A stretch of DNA of 64,000 bases from a candidate division FCPU426 bacterium (GTDB taxonomy: Bacteria; Oederibacteriota; Muellerivitia; Muellerivitales; Muellerivitaceae). Location of the stretch: NCBI GenBank assembly GCA_963719085.1, contig CAVRAL010000001.1:1280001-1344000 (forward strand), read 5' to 3'. The notes under the pieces are model-generated. The model did no database searches, was not told the origin of the DNA, and saw only the letters and a list, made by a program, of their open reading frames with translations. This document shows, in pieces, positions 20,758 through 31,154 of the stretch (the first letter of the stretch is position 1; each line of letters opens with the position of its first letter). The position numbers were made by a program, and so were the translations under genes.

Positions 20758-22351
20758 CGGACTCTGCCTTCCATTCCAAGGGAAAGATGGCGAAAAAAAC
20801 GCTTCCTTTTCCCGCTTCGCTCCTCACCCCCACCTGGCCGCCCTGGGCCTCCACCAAACGCTTGGTCAAGGCCAGCCCCAGTCCCGTTCCGGCGTATTTT
20901 TTCGTCGAGCCCGAATCCAATTGCTGGAACTCGATGAATAGCCGGCGCAAATCCTCCGGTTTGATGCCGATTCCATTATCTTCCACTTCCAGGCGGAACC
21001 AACCGGTCTTCTCGGGCTGGATCCGCACCTGTATGATTCCCCGCTCGGGAGTGAACTTAATGGCGTTGGAAAGATAATTATAGAGAACTTGTTTAAACTT
21101 CGAACCATCCAAGATGACCTTGGGGAGTGAATCGTCCACCTTTACCTCGACCGTGATTTCTTTGGCCGCGGCCAGGCCGCGCAAGATATCGCGCACCTCC
21201 GCCGTCACCCTCAAAAGATCCAGCAACTCGGGGCGGAATTCCATCTTGCCCGCCTCCACCTTGGTCAAGTCGAGCACGTCGTTGATCAGTTGGAGCAGAT
21301 GCCGGCCGCTGGTCAGGATATCGCCCAGGTATTCCTTGTGGTCCGCCGAAACCGGACCCACCTTTTCGTGGTACATCAACTCCGAGAATCCGATGATGGC
21401 GTTCAAGGGCGTGCGCAACTCGTGGGACATATTGGCCAAAAACTCGCTCTTAAGGCGGTTGGCTTCCTGCATGCGCCGGTTTTCCTCTTCCAACAGCCTT
21501 TTTCGTTCGGTGGTATCGCGGATGGCCGCGGTCACAAAATCCCCTTCGGGAAGTTTCATGGGACTCAGGCTGATCTCGGCGGGAAACTCGGTGCCGTCCT
21601 TGCGCAAGGCGAAAAGCTCCAGGCCCGCCCCCATGGGCCTTGGTTTGGAGGAGGCGAAATAACCGTCCCGGTGGCCCGGATGGCTCGGGCGGAACCGTGG
21701 AGGAATCAAAACTTCGATTTTTTGGCCGACGAGTTCTTCACGCCGATATCCGAAAAGCTTCTCGACTTGGCCGTTGACCATGTCGATTTCGCCCTTCCGG
21801 TTCACGATGACCATGGCGTCCGGCGCGGACTCCAAAAGTCCCCGGAATTTGTCCTCGGCCTTTTTAAAATCGGTCACGTCCCGGGTGACCTTGATGAACC
21901 CGCGCGATTTTCCTTTTTCGTCCGTCAAGGCTGTGATCACCACGTCGGCCATGAACCGGGACCCGTCCTGGCGCACCCGCCAGCCCTCATCCTCCACCCG
22001 TCCGTCCCGCGCGGCGGCCCTCAGCAAGTCTTGGGGATGCCTTCTTTTCTGATCCTCGGGCGTGTAAAAAACCGAAGAGGGCTTCCCAACGATTTCCCCG
22101 CGCTTGTATCCCTTGATCCTTTGCGCGCCCTGGTTCCAGGTGAGTACATTCCCCTTGGTATCCAAAAGAATGATGGCGTAATCCTTGATGCTTTCAATGG
22201 CCCTCGCCTCATCCAGACGCGCGGTTTCCTCCGGAATAATTCCGGTTTTGGAAAGCTTGGGTTTCCCCGTCTTGGGGCCGATCCGCTTAGCCGGCTTTTT
22301 TATTTTTTTCTTCATTTTTTTCAATGGATGGCATCCCTTCGAGTTGAGCAA
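20747..22351 (-). CDS. Cytoplasmic double-PAS histidine kinase
   Basis: Two PAS/PAC domains (second FixL-like: H..HRDGY...RPMG), [18 protein letters not shown]. Confidence 0.93.
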   Translation of the reverse strand: MLNSKGCHPLKKMKKKIKKPAKRIGPKTGKPKLSKTGIIPEETARLDEARAIESIKDYAIILLDTKGNVLTWNQGAQRIKGYKRGEIVGKPSSVFYTPEDQKRRHPQDLLRAAARDGRVEDEGWRVRQDGSRFMADVVITALTDEKGKSRGFIKVTRDVTDFKKAEDKFRGLLESAPDAMVIVNRKGEIDMVNGQVEKLFGYRREELVGQKIEVLIPPRFRPSHPGHRDGYFASSKPRPMGAGLELFALRKDGTEFPAEISLSPMKLPEGDFVTAAIRDTTERKRLLEEENRRMQEANRLKSEFLANMSHELRTPLNAIIGFSELMYHEKVGPVSADHKEYLGDILTSGRHLLQLINDVLDLTKVEAGKMEFRPELLDLLRVTAEVRDILRGLAAAKEITVEVKVDDSLPKVILDGSKFKQVLYNYLSNAIKFTPERGIIQVRIQPEKTGWFRLEVEDNGIGIKPEDLRRLFIEFQQLDSGSTKKYAGTGLGLALTKRLVEAQGGQVGVRSEAGKGSVFFAIFPLEWKAESDGR

Positions 22352-22448
22352 TTCTAAGGGTTTTAGGAGGGCGCAAACAATAAAAGAAGCTTAATAAATA
22401 GGCCGTCTTTAATGCATTCTAGAGGGGCGCGCTGTGGCGCGCCCTTTT

Positions 22449-22985
22449 TTATTTCCCGGCTTCCCCATGGTAACGCCAAGCGCACCAAACCGGGGTGCCA
22501 TCCCGGTCCAATAACCGCAGTTCCCCATCCTCCCGCTCCACCAGGGCGGCCACGATGACCGACCGGCCGTCCCAGGAGGAATAATAGCCATGGACCACCA
22601 CCGCGTCACCCTTTCGAAGGCTGTCCGCCTGCCGGTCTAAAAACCAAACCGGGCCCAACTGAAACCCAAAGAAACCCCGATCGGTCGCCCAAAAAAGCTG
22701 GACGCTTTCATCCTTGATCCGCGGGTCCTCCTGGTATTTTTCTGTTTTTTCGACGGTTTCTTTATAGATTTGCCATCCTTGAGAATCCACCCCCGTATAA
22801 AGATTATCCTCGCAAGGGGCCCATCCCGACTCCATCCGGGAGCCTAGAGCTTCCCCGTCGGCCCAAAGGGGGCGTAAGGAAAAAAGTTGAATAGACGCGC
22901 AAAAAACCACCAAAATAAAAAAAATGTTCCGGCCGCAGGACAAAAGTTTCACGCCCCCCATTCCAAAAATCTTCTCAACAACCAC
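22449..22985 (-). CDS. Exported hypothetical protein, possible OB fold
   Basis: Hydrophobic N-terminus; LGPVWFL...GDAVVVHG...LLDRDGTPVW; start uncertain. Confidence 0.55.
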   Translation of the reverse strand: MVVEKIFGMGGVKLLSCGRNIFFILVVFCASIQLFSLRPLWADGEALGSRMESGWAPCEDNLYTGVDSQGWQIYKETVEKTEKYQEDPRIKDESVQLFWATDRGFFGFQLGPVWFLDRQADSLRKGDAVVVHGYYSSWDGRSVIVAALVEREDGELRLLDRDGTPVWCAWRYHGEAGK

Positions 22986-22991
22986 CAGCCC

Positions 22992-24356
22992 TTAATGGGT
23001 CGTTTCCTTCCAAGTCGATAAAAGCGGCCACCAGGTTTCCACCCGGGTTCCCTTTCGCGTCTGGCTGTCGAGGACCACCTTGCCCCCATGCCAGGCCAGG
23101 ATGCGTTGGACGATCGCCAATCCGAGGCCGGTTCCGAATTTTTCCTTGGCCTTCGCGTTGGAAGCCCGGAAAAACTCGCCGAAAATCTTTTTTCGCTGCG
23201 ACTCTGGGATTCCAATCCCCTCATCCTGGACCGATACCACCATCCATTCGGGCTTCATTTCAACCTCAATCGTGACCGGCCCGCCCGTCTCCGGGCTGTA
23301 CTTGACCGCGTTTGAGATGAGGTTATCCATCACCCGCCCAAAAGCGGCCTTGTCCGCCCATAGCCGGACGTCGCTCCCTCCATGCAGTCGAAATGAAATT
23401 CCCTTGGCCCTCGCCTGCGGCTCCTGGGCCTGAATCCGGCTCAAGACAGTCTTATAAACCTCGACCGTTTCCTTCTTCAAAGGCATGTCTTTTACCTGGA
23501 GCCGCGAAAGCCAGAGTAGATCATCCATGGTGGATTCCAGTCCCTGAACATGCCGGCGGGCGTCCCGGACCGACTCCCGCTCTTTCATGGAATTTTCAGG
23601 CAGGCTTTTTTCCAATTGGGCCAAGCGCTCTTCCACTTCCAACGTCGGGGTCTTCAAGTGGTCGGCCAATTGGTGGAGGAATTGGTTTTTAAAAACATCC
23701 AATTGTTCCAGCCCTTCCTTGGCCTCCTTCAGTTGGGCGGTTTTCCGCTTTAATTTCCATTCATTGATCCGCACGTCCAGGGAAAGCCTGGAAAGAAAAA
23801 TCCAAAGACCCGCCACGGCGGCCGAATAGGCGATCAAAAAGGCCCTTTCATAACCCAAGGAAGGGCCGCCGGCGGGACCCCAAAAATCAGCGATGGAAGG
23901 CCGGGCCGTTTGAAGCGCGTAAAGCATCCAGGGCAGGACAATTGCCAGGGGGGCGTAAAAAAAACTTTCGGCCACGGGAAAAATGTAGGCTCCGATGGCC
24001 AGATGAAATAAATAAAAGAGAACCAGCGGATTCCCCGCGCCGCCGCTGAAATAAAGGAGGGCCGTCAAGACCAGGAAATCCCCCGCCATTTGAAGGTGTA
24101 AAAGATTGCCACCGGACTTTTCCAGGTCGAGCCCCGCCGCGCCCGATCCCCGAAGCTTGTTCCAAACCGCCAAATAAGTCCCGTTCAACACCGCCAAAAC
24201 CACCAGGCAGACCACGATCGGGCCATAAGCGACCCGAAAGGAAAAAACCAAGGATCCCACTAAAAGGATGACGCCTCCGCCCAAGATGGCCGCCCAACGC
24301 AAATGGATGAACCACACCAGTCTTTCAATTTTGGCTTCTTGCTCGACGATCACCAT
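22992..24356 (-). CDS. Multi-TM sensor histidine kinase with atypical H-box
   Basis: RLVWFIHLRW, SGG.NP TM sensor; LADHLKTP; NLISNAVKYS, DEGIGI, GTGLGL. Confidence 0.88.
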   Translation of the reverse strand: MVIVEQEAKIERLVWFIHLRWAAILGGGVILLVGSLVFSFRVAYGPIVVCLVVLAVLNGTYLAVWNKLRGSGAAGLDLEKSGGNLLHLQMAGDFLVLTALLYFSGGAGNPLVLFYLFHLAIGAYIFPVAESFFYAPLAIVLPWMLYALQTARPSIADFWGPAGGPSLGYERAFLIAYSAAVAGLWIFLSRLSLDVRINEWKLKRKTAQLKEAKEGLEQLDVFKNQFLHQLADHLKTPTLEVEERLAQLEKSLPENSMKERESVRDARRHVQGLESTMDDLLWLSRLQVKDMPLKKETVEVYKTVLSRIQAQEPQARAKGISFRLHGGSDVRLWADKAAFGRVMDNLISNAVKYSPETGGPVTIEVEMKPEWMVVSVQDEGIGIPESQRKKIFGEFFRASNAKAKEKFGTGLGLAIVQRILAWHGGKVVLDSQTRKGTRVETWWPLLSTWKETTH

Positions 24357-24417
24357 AAAGGGTCTCCTTGAACCGGAATTGGACCATTTCAGTTTCCCGC
24401 CGAAATCCATTCCGGCT

Positions 24418-24433
24418 TATGACTGGCGTCATA
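24418..24433. promoter_or_regulatory. Crp/Fnr-type box
   Basis: TATGACTGGCGTCATA, 62 bp upstream of the kinase ATG at 24356. Confidence 0.7.
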
Positions 24434-24575
24434 GTGGGTTGGTTTTGGCGGGAGTAAGGTGGCGGCATCTTTCCATCGGAGGCTTGGATGAAAAAAATAA
24501 TTCACAATGTCCCCGCGCCGCTTTGGTTCTTTTGGGGCGCGATCTTGCTTTTTGGCGGGACGCTGATCCAATCGA

Positions 24576-24773
24576 TCATCCGTTAAAGCGTTTTGACTTA
24601 AACCCCAGACGCCGGGCGATTTTCCAAAGGCGGTTTTTAACCCCGCCCCACGCGTCCACCCGGTACAAGCCGCACTTGGGGCATTGCCCCGGTAAATCCG
24701 AGTCCTGTTCGGGGTGCATGGGACAGCCATAACGCTTTTTTCGTTTTCCAAAAATTAGATGAGTCATACCCAC
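24576..24773 (-). CDS. Small heavy-metal-binding-domain protein
   Basis: YGCPMHPE...PGQCPKCG motif. Confidence 0.75.
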   Translation of the reverse strand: MGMTHLIFGKRKKRYGCPMHPEQDSDLPGQCPKCGLYRVDAWGGVKNRLWKIARRLGFKSKRFNG

Positions 24774-24868
24774 CCTCCTTCACTTTTCCCCAAGCTATCG
24801 TTTCGAGACTTTTTTCATGATGACGCCTATCACATAAAGGCTTTTTTTAATTGGCTTGGCGCCGCGAC

Positions 24869-24886
24869 CATGGCATCCACGCCATA
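24869..24886. promoter_or_regulatory. Candidate enhancer (UAS) for a sigma54 activator
   Basis: CATGGCATCCACGCCATA, 15/18 identical to 17490-17507, 61 bp from the -24 element. Confidence 0.65.
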
Positions 24887-24946
24887 AACACCCTCTATGA
24901 GGCTCCCGCGCCCCGCGCAAATCCTGATTTAAGGCCATTTCGCCCT

Positions 24947-24962
24947 TGGCACCCGGGTTGCA
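24947..24962 (+). promoter_or_regulatory. Sigma54 promoter (-24/-12)
   Basis: TGGCAC-CCGGG-TTGCA upstream of the YceI gene. Confidence 0.8.
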
Positions 24963-24997
24963 TTAGCCATTTGAAATTTATTTTTGGAGGTTTCACC

Positions 24998-25711
24998 ATG
25001 CACAAACTATCAGTCCTGATGACGGCCATCGCCTTCCTAGCCTTTGCCCCCGTCCTATTGCGGGCCGACGGCGGATTCAGCGGCAACCAGCTCACCCAGG
25101 GTTATACCCCTTGGTACGCGAAGGCCGCCTCGATCACGGGTCCGGTCACGGACACGAAGCCCTTGGCGGGAAGCGGCGCCACACTCACCCTTCAGCCCGG
25201 CAGTTCCTTGTATCTGGAAGGGGACTCCACCCTGCACAAATACCAAATGCGGGCCGGTTCACTGTTGGGTTCCGCAAAGGTGGCTACTCTTCCCGAATCG
25301 AACCTGGTCGCGCTTCAAATCACCCAAGCATCCCTCGTAGTGCCGCTGGCGGACTTCAAGTCAAAGGAATCGGGCCTGGATAACAACGCCTATAAAGCCC
25401 TCAAGTCGGCCCAAAATCCCGAGATAAGCTTTTCACTCTTAAAAGGCCTGGTGACGGCCGGAGCCGCTCCCGGAACCTATACCTTCACGGCCCAGGGCAC
25501 GCTGTCGGTGGCCGGCCAAAGCGCCCCCATCACGCTGAGCGCCGACGCGTCTCTCAAGAACGGGGCGATCCGCTTGAAGGGCGTCCAGAAACTCAAGATG
25601 ACCGATTTCGGCGTAGCGCCCCCGTCCATTTCCCTCGTGGTGACTTCCATCACCTGCACCGATGAGATCGAAATTCACTACGACGTGACTTTCGCCGTGT
25701 CCCCAAAATAA
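24998..25711 (+). CDS. Secreted YceI family protein
   Basis: GGAGG RBS, signal peptide, GDSTLH, GLDNNAYKAL..NPEISF, GTLSVAG, MTDFGVAPP. Confidence 0.85.
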   Translation: MHKLSVLMTAIAFLAFAPVLLRADGGFSGNQLTQGYTPWYAKAASITGPVTDTKPLAGSGATLTLQPGSSLYLEGDSTLHKYQMRAGSLLGSAKVATLPESNLVALQITQASLVVPLADFKSKESGLDNNAYKALKSAQNPEISFSLLKGLVTAGAAPGTYTFTAQGTLSVAGQSAPITLSADASLKNGAIRLKGVQKLKMTDFGVAPPSISLVVTSITCTDEIEIHYDVTFAVSPK

Positions 25712-25752
25712 GGGCGCGGCTTCATTTGTTAAAAAATAAAGGAGGTAGGGCG

Positions 25753-27120
25753 ATGAAAAATCTTAAGAAACTAGCTTTGGGGGTGGCGCTGTTGGCCGGC
25801 CTCCCGATGCGCGGACACTCAGCCGAAATTTTCCAGAACGACGACTTGACCCTCAGCTTGGGCGGCCGGTTCCAGGAACTGGGCGAGTTGGAATTGGTGA
25901 CGAACGACCCGACCCGGGAACATACCCGGATCTATTTGTTCAACGTCGAGGACCGCTTGACCACTTCGGGGCAATTCCAAGGCTACAAGTGGAACTTCGA
26001 GTTGGGGCTCGGCGGCGAGGCCATCAACAGCACCAACAATCAAATCAACCTGAAAGAATTTAACGCCGATATCCCGATCATTCCCGACATGGTCTATGTG
26101 AAGGTCGGACAATTCAAGGTGCCGACCAACCTGGAAAGCGCGGTCTATGAGGGCAACCAGCTCTTCACGGAAAAATCCCTCATCTATAATATGTTTTTCA
26201 ACACGGGCTACGACAACGGCTTGTCCCTTTATGGCCAGATGGGTCAATTGGATTTCGCCGGCGGTGTTTTGAGCGGAGCCCCCAATTTGCCCCAACGGTA
26301 CCTGCCCGAAACCTTTAATTTCCCCCCCCTGATGTTCCTGAGGATCGGGATTGACGACGGAATCACGAAGGATCCCTTTCACCAAGCGCAGACCGGATTC
26401 GTCAAACCGACGAAGACCGAGTTCGCCCTGCACTTGAACGGCATGTATGAGATGGACAGCAACGCGGGCCATTCCACCGATCTGGCCCTTCAAAGCGGTT
26501 ATACCGGCGCCTTTGACGCCAACAGCGACTACGGCAACATGATGCTGTACGGCGCCTGGAACCCTTTCTTGGGAAAAACGGCCGCTAACTTCGGACCCGT
26601 CCACGCCCAATATTGGACCGCAAGCCTGGACACCCAAGTCCGGGCGCCCCTGGGCGACACCACCTTCACCCTGACGGCCCAGGCCAACCTGGCCCATTTT
26701 GACGCCTGGGACTTCGCGCCCATGGTCATCAATGGTCAAACCGTCACCTCCGGCCAGATCAATATCGGCGGCGCCGAAGTCATCGCTTCCCTGGGGGACA
26801 ATCCGTGGGAAATCGCCGGACGTTTCGCCTTGGTGGTTCCGGATAATTCTTTCCGGGTCACCCCGGCCGCCGGCACGGTTTATCCCTCGATCACGGGCAG
26901 CAAAGTGCTTTATGAGTTGACCCTGCCTTCCATCACCTGGCACATGAACTCGAACGCCAAACTGGTGGCCGAGGCCATGTGGATGATCAACGCCCCGGAA
27001 GTCTTGGGCAACGACGGCATGTACGTCTTGGCCGAGATGCCCAACCAAGTCGCCGCCACCGGCCTGGGCAGTGTTTCGCTGGTTCCGGCGGGACGCATGA
27101 TGTTCCAGTACTCGTTTTAA
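25753..27120 (+). CDS. Outer-membrane porin-like protein (OprO/P-like)
   Basis: Signal peptide, VKVGQFKVP, amphipathic strands, C-terminal FQYSF. Confidence 0.75.
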   Translation: MKNLKKLALGVALLAGLPMRGHSAEIFQNDDLTLSLGGRFQELGELELVTNDPTREHTRIYLFNVEDRLTTSGQFQGYKWNFELGLGGEAINSTNNQINLKEFNADIPIIPDMVYVKVGQFKVPTNLESAVYEGNQLFTEKSLIYNMFFNTGYDNGLSLYGQMGQLDFAGGVLSGAPNLPQRYLPETFNFPPLMFLRIGIDDGITKDPFHQAQTGFVKPTKTEFALHLNGMYEMDSNAGHSTDLALQSGYTGAFDANSDYGNMMLYGAWNPFLGKTAANFGPVHAQYWTASLDTQVRAPLGDTTFTLTAQANLAHFDAWDFAPMVINGQTVTSGQINIGGAEVIASLGDNPWEIAGRFALVVPDNSFRVTPAAGTVYPSITGSKVLYELTLPSITWHMNSNAKLVAEAMWMINAPEVLGNDGMYVLAEMPNQVAATGLGSVSLVPAGRMMFQYSF

Positions 27121-27130
27121 GGAAGACGCG

Positions 27131-27787
27131 ATGAAAAGGCTTAAAGCGCTTCACACACCTTTTCGCGGGGGTTTCCTGGCCGCCGCCTGCGCCGCTCTCT
27201 TGAGCGGCGCGGGCTGGGCGGCCGAACCTGTTTCCATGACATTCCAGTCGAAGGACGGCTATTACCGCGTCAATTCCAGCTTTGACGTCGCCGCCGATCC
27301 TTCGGTGGTTTGGGATGTGCTTACCGATTTCGAGCACATCCCAAACTTCATCAGCAGCATGAAAGAAAGTAAAGTCGTCAAACGCGATGGATTGGGGATT
27401 TACCTGAGTCAAAGGGCCGAAGGCGGCTTCCTTTTCTTCACCCAAAGCGCCCGGCTTCTTTTGTTCGTCCGGGAAACTCCGGGCCAATCCATCACTTTCC
27501 AGGACATGGACCGGAAGGATTTCGATCTGTATTGGGGCGATTGGAGCATCGTTTCGTCCGGGGACGAAAAAAAACGGGTGGAAGTCGCCTACCGCCTTTT
27601 CGTACATCCTAATTTTTCAGCCCCCTTGGCCGGGGACATCATGCACGGCAGTTCGATGGATATGATGAATTCCGTCCGGCGGGAAATCCTGCGGCGCCAG
27701 GCCCTCAAGGACAAGCAAATTCCGATCCAGGTAACCCAATCCACCCCCGAGACGGCGCCGACGCCCCTTCCCTCCAGCTCGAATTAA
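27131..27787 (+). CDS. Secreted SRPBCC/START (Coq10/polyketide cyclase-like) protein
   Basis: Signal peptide; VWDVLTDFEHIPNFI; GDW. Confidence 0.8.
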   Translation: MKRLKALHTPFRGGFLAAACAALLSGAGWAAEPVSMTFQSKDGYYRVNSSFDVAADPSVVWDVLTDFEHIPNFISSMKESKVVKRDGLGIYLSQRAEGGFLFFTQSARLLLFVRETPGQSITFQDMDRKDFDLYWGDWSIVSSGDEKKRVEVAYRLFVHPNFSAPLAGDIMHGSSMDMMNSVRREILRRQALKDKQIPIQVTQSTPETAPTPLPSSSN

Positions 27788-27797
27788 AACCTCCCAA

Positions 27798-27813
27798 TAT
27801 GTTCCGGATCATA
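27798..27813. promoter_or_regulatory. Crp/Fnr-type box
   Basis: TATGTTCCGGATCATA upstream of the hemerythrin gene. Confidence 0.6.
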
Positions 27814-27877
27814 ATGAACCCGCGAAGGAAGGCATAGGCTGGGTCAAGGTAAGCATCCGATAAAACCAGGAGCCATC

Positions 27878-28375
27878 ATGACCCTTCCTCTTTCCGCGCC
27901 CACCCTTCGGAGCCTCAACTATTTTCACCAGGACTTGGAAGATCTTTTCCAGCAGTACCGGTCCAGCGTCCTGGATAAAGACCTTAAAAAAGCCCGGACC
28001 CTTTGGGAAGTTTATGAGCGGGCGCTCTTGGGCCATATCCGGGAAGAGGATGAGATACTGCTCCCGATTTACCGCCAAAGGGCGGCGCCCCAAAGGGGCG
28101 GATCCCCCGACCTCTTCGTGGGCGAACACCAAAAAATCGTCGAATGGCTGGGCCGGTTGAAACTGCGCTTGTCCCGGCTTATCCCCTCTTCTCCCGCCAA
28201 GGACATCCTGGCCCTGTTAGACGATCAGGCTTTTTTTAAAAAACTTTTGGAACACCACACCCAGCGGGAAAACCACATCTTTTATCCTGAATTGGACCGG
28301 TTGGTCAGCCCGGAAGAAAAAACTGCCCTGTTGCGCTTATTGTCCTTTAAACTCGGGGATGAAGATCCCGCCTAG
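27878..28375 (+). CDS. Hemerythrin-like (HHE) protein
   Basis: H...HIREEDEILLP...EH...HHTQRENHIFYP. Confidence 0.85.
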   Translation: MTLPLSAPTLRSLNYFHQDLEDLFQQYRSSVLDKDLKKARTLWEVYERALLGHIREEDEILLPIYRQRAAPQRGGSPDLFVGEHQKIVEWLGRLKLRLSRLIPSSPAKDILALLDDQAFFKKLLEHHTQRENHIFYPELDRLVSPEEKTALLRLLSFKLGDEDPA

Positions 28376-28384
28376 GAGGCCCTC

Positions 28385-29206
28385 ATGAAAAAATCCGCCG
28401 CTCCCGCTCCGCCGACCAAATTCCACGCCCTTTTTCATCCGCCCCACTCGCCCTGGATCATCGCCGGCTTAGGCTTGTTGATCCTCATTCTGTTGGTCCT
28501 CCGCTCCTGGTCCAGTCCGGTGAAGATTCATCCCAAAATCGGCGATATGGTGGAAGCCGTCTATGGCATAGGCACCGTCACTGCCCGCCATACCTTTGAT
28601 TTAAAACTCGGGGTCTCCGACACCCTTGAAAAACTTTATGTCCAAGAAGGGGACGCCGTGTTGAAAGGCGCTCCCCTGGTGGCGCTGGCCGATCTTCCCG
28701 CCGTGCGCGCCCCCTTCGCGGGCGTTGTGACTTCCCTTCCTTTCAAGGAAGGCGAAACCCTCTTCCCCCAGATTCCCGTCCTGACCCTGACCGACGTGAA
28801 AAATCCCTATATCGTCGTCTCCTTGGAACAAGAAGGGGCGCTTCGGGTCCGCCAAAACCAATCCGCCATCATCAGTTTCGAGACCTTGCGAAGTGACCGC
28901 TTAAACGGAACCGTCTCCGCCGTCTATCCCAAGGACGGGCAATTCCTGGTGAATATTGAGGTGCCCCAGATGCCTGAAGGCGCGTTGGTGGGTATGACCA
29001 CCGATGTGGCGATCCAAGTGGAAACCCGGAAACAAGTCCTTCAAATACCCGTGGCGGCGCTGGACCAAGGCGAGGTCAAACTAATAAGGAACGGGAACAC
29101 CCTAAAGGTCCCGGTCAAGCTTGGCGCCGAGGACGGGACTTGGGCCGAGGTGACGGACGGGAGTATCCAACCGGCGGACCTCATCCTGCTTCCAAGGAAA
29201 CCCTAA
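28385..29206 (+). CDS. Periplasmic adaptor (HlyD/MacA-like)
   Basis: N-terminal TM, VQEGDAV..G, VRAPFAGVV, GMT..V, IPVAA. Confidence 0.85.
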   Translation: MKKSAAPAPPTKFHALFHPPHSPWIIAGLGLLILILLVLRSWSSPVKIHPKIGDMVEAVYGIGTVTARHTFDLKLGVSDTLEKLYVQEGDAVLKGAPLVALADLPAVRAPFAGVVTSLPFKEGETLFPQIPVLTLTDVKNPYIVVSLEQEGALRVRQNQSAIISFETLRSDRLNGTVSAVYPKDGQFLVNIEVPQMPEGALVGMTTDVAIQVETRKQVLQIPVAALDQGEVKLIRNGNTLKVPVKLGAEDGTWAEVTDGSIQPADLILLPRKP

Positions 29207-30453
29207 TGCTCTTTCTGGCCATCAAACAGCTCTTAGCCCGGCCCCGTCAGACCCTTTTGGCGCTGATGGGCATTATTTTCGGCACGGCGGCCTTTTTGAT
29301 CTTGTCCGGCATGATGCTGGGATTCCGGGAATATTTCATCCAGCGCCTGATCAATTCCACCGCCCATATCAGCATCTCGGCGGAGGACACCCAGTTGGAG
29401 GAACATTCTTTGGACTCCGTTTTTTTTCCGGGCGCCTTGGTGCGTTGGATCGCCCCCCCGGTCAACCACGACGTCACCCCGCATATCGAGTATCCCCAGG
29501 GATGGTTTGACCGCCTCGAAGCCGACGACCGGGTCCAAGCCTATGCCCCGGAAATGACGACCCAAGCCCTGATCACCCGGGGAAAACTTTCACGGACCAT
29601 CAGCCTGGTCGGCGTGGAAGCCCGCCATCAAATCCAGGCGACCGACGTCTTGTCCGACATGGTTTCGGGGAATTTCCTGGACCTGGACAAAGGCGGCTTC
29701 CAGGTGGTGATCGGCCAGGCCCTCGCCCAAAAGTTGGGGCTCAGGGTCAACGACACCCTCATCATCGTCAATACCCTGGGGCAAACCGTCCCCGCCAAAG
29801 TGGCCGGCCTGTTCAACACCGGCATCGACCAAATCGACCAGACCACGGCCTACGCGCCCATCCACTATGTCCAGCAAATCAACCAGACGCCCGGACAGGT
29901 CTCCCAAATTATCGTCAAATTGAAGGACATCACCCAAGCCCGCCGGGTGGCCGACCAATGGGCGGCCCTCAGCCGGGAAAAGGTGCAGAGCTGGGACGAG
30001 GCCAACGCCAACTTTTTCACGGTCTTCAAGATGCAGGACATGATCCGCTACATCCTCAGCGCCGTGGTGCTCATGATCGCGGCCTTCGGCATCTACAATA
30101 TCCTGAATATGATCGTCCTTCAAAAACGCGGGGAGATCGCCATCCTCCGCTCCATGGGCTTTGAGGCCTCCGACATCATCCAACTGTTCCTCTCCCAAGG
30201 ATTGATCCTGGGATTTATCGGCGGACTCTTGGGCCTGGGCGCGGGCACCTTGGTCTGCCTTTATGTCCAATCCATCAAGCTCGCGACCGGCATGGGGGTC
30301 TCTTCCGTCGACCATATGCTCATCGCCTGGCACCTTTATTTCTATGAAATGGCTTTTTTGCTGGCCTTCCTGTCGGGGCTTTTCGCGGGTTTCCTGCCCG
30401 CCCGCTCGGCCAGCCGCATGGATCCCATCGACATATTGAGATCGGAGGGCTGA
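29206..30453 (+). CDS. ABC transporter permease (LolE/MacB/FtsX family)
   Basis: TAATG coupling; KRGEIAILRSMG; PARSASRMDPIDILR. Confidence 0.9.
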   Translation: MLFLAIKQLLARPRQTLLALMGIIFGTAAFLILSGMMLGFREYFIQRLINSTAHISISAEDTQLEEHSLDSVFFPGALVRWIAPPVNHDVTPHIEYPQGWFDRLEADDRVQAYAPEMTTQALITRGKLSRTISLVGVEARHQIQATDVLSDMVSGNFLDLDKGGFQVVIGQALAQKLGLRVNDTLIIVNTLGQTVPAKVAGLFNTGIDQIDQTTAYAPIHYVQQINQTPGQVSQIIVKLKDITQARRVADQWAALSREKVQSWDEANANFFTVFKMQDMIRYILSAVVLMIAAFGIYNILNMIVLQKRGEIAILRSMGFEASDIIQLFLSQGLILGFIGGLLGLGAGTLVCLYVQSIKLATGMGVSSVDHMLIAWHLYFYEMAFLLAFLSGLFAGFLPARSASRMDPIDILRSEG

Positions 30454-30454
30454 C

Positions 30455-31129
30455 ATGGGTTTGAAAGCGCAAAGCCTCGTCAAATCCTTCGGGAATCCCC
30501 CCACCATCGTGCTCAAGGGCCTGAGCTTTGAGATAAAAGACGGCGAGTTCGTGGCCATCACGGGTCGGTCGGGCTCGGGCAAAAGCACCCTGCTTTATTC
30601 CCTGAGCCTTTTGGACCGGCTCAGTTCGGGCAAGTTATTGCTCGACGGCCGGGACACGACCTCCCTGACCCCAAAAGAAAAACACCGGTTCCTGAATCAA
30701 AAAATGGGATTCGTCTTCCAATTCCATTACCTTTTGCCCGAAATAACCTGCGAGGAAAACGTGCTCTTCCCCGCCCGCAAAACCAACCGGCACGAGGAAC
30801 TTCGAAAAAAAGCCATCCGGTTAATGGACCAATTCGAGATTGGTCCCATCCGCGCCAAGCTTCCCGGGCAAATCTCGGGGGGTGAAAGACAGCGTGTCGC
30901 CATCGCCCGGGCCCTCATCATGGAACCCCAATATCTTTTCGCCGACGAACCCACCGGCAACCTGGATTCGGTCAGCGGCGAAAAGGTGATGGAAATTTTC
31001 CAGCGAACCAACCGCCAATCCAAAACCACCATCATCATGGTGACCCACGATCTGGGCTACGCCAACCGGGCCAAGCGGCGGATCGGGCTCAAGGACGGCG
31101 CCATCGAATTCGACCGGCGCAAGGGTTGA
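30455..31129 (+). CDS. ABC transporter ATPase (LolD-like)
   Basis: [35 protein letters not shown]. Confidence 0.93.
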   Translation: MGLKAQSLVKSFGNPPTIVLKGLSFEIKDGEFVAITGRSGSGKSTLLYSLSLLDRLSSGKLLLDGRDTTSLTPKEKHRFLNQKMGFVFQFHYLLPEITCEENVLFPARKTNRHEELRKKAIRLMDQFEIGPIRAKLPGQISGGERQRVAIARALIMEPQYLFADEPTGNLDSVSGEKVMEIFQRTNRQSKTTIIMVTHDLGYANRAKRRIGLKDGAIEFDRRKG

Positions 31130-31154
31130 TTTCGCGCCTCAGAAAGGACCCGCC

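Noticed and set aside
22449..22985. Magnetosome MamS/MamX-like assignment from the LGP.W...GD motif
   Set aside because: The motif is shared by generic exported OB-fold proteins and no other mam genes are present.
24819..24834. GATGA-N6-TCACA as a firm Crp/Fnr box
   Set aside because: Two mismatches to the consensus; kept only as a weak candidate.
25819..27048. 409-aa antisense ORF (similarly 21290-22357, 29590-30588, 4605-5387)
   Set aside because: Antisense shadows of well-supported GC-rich genes; no motifs.
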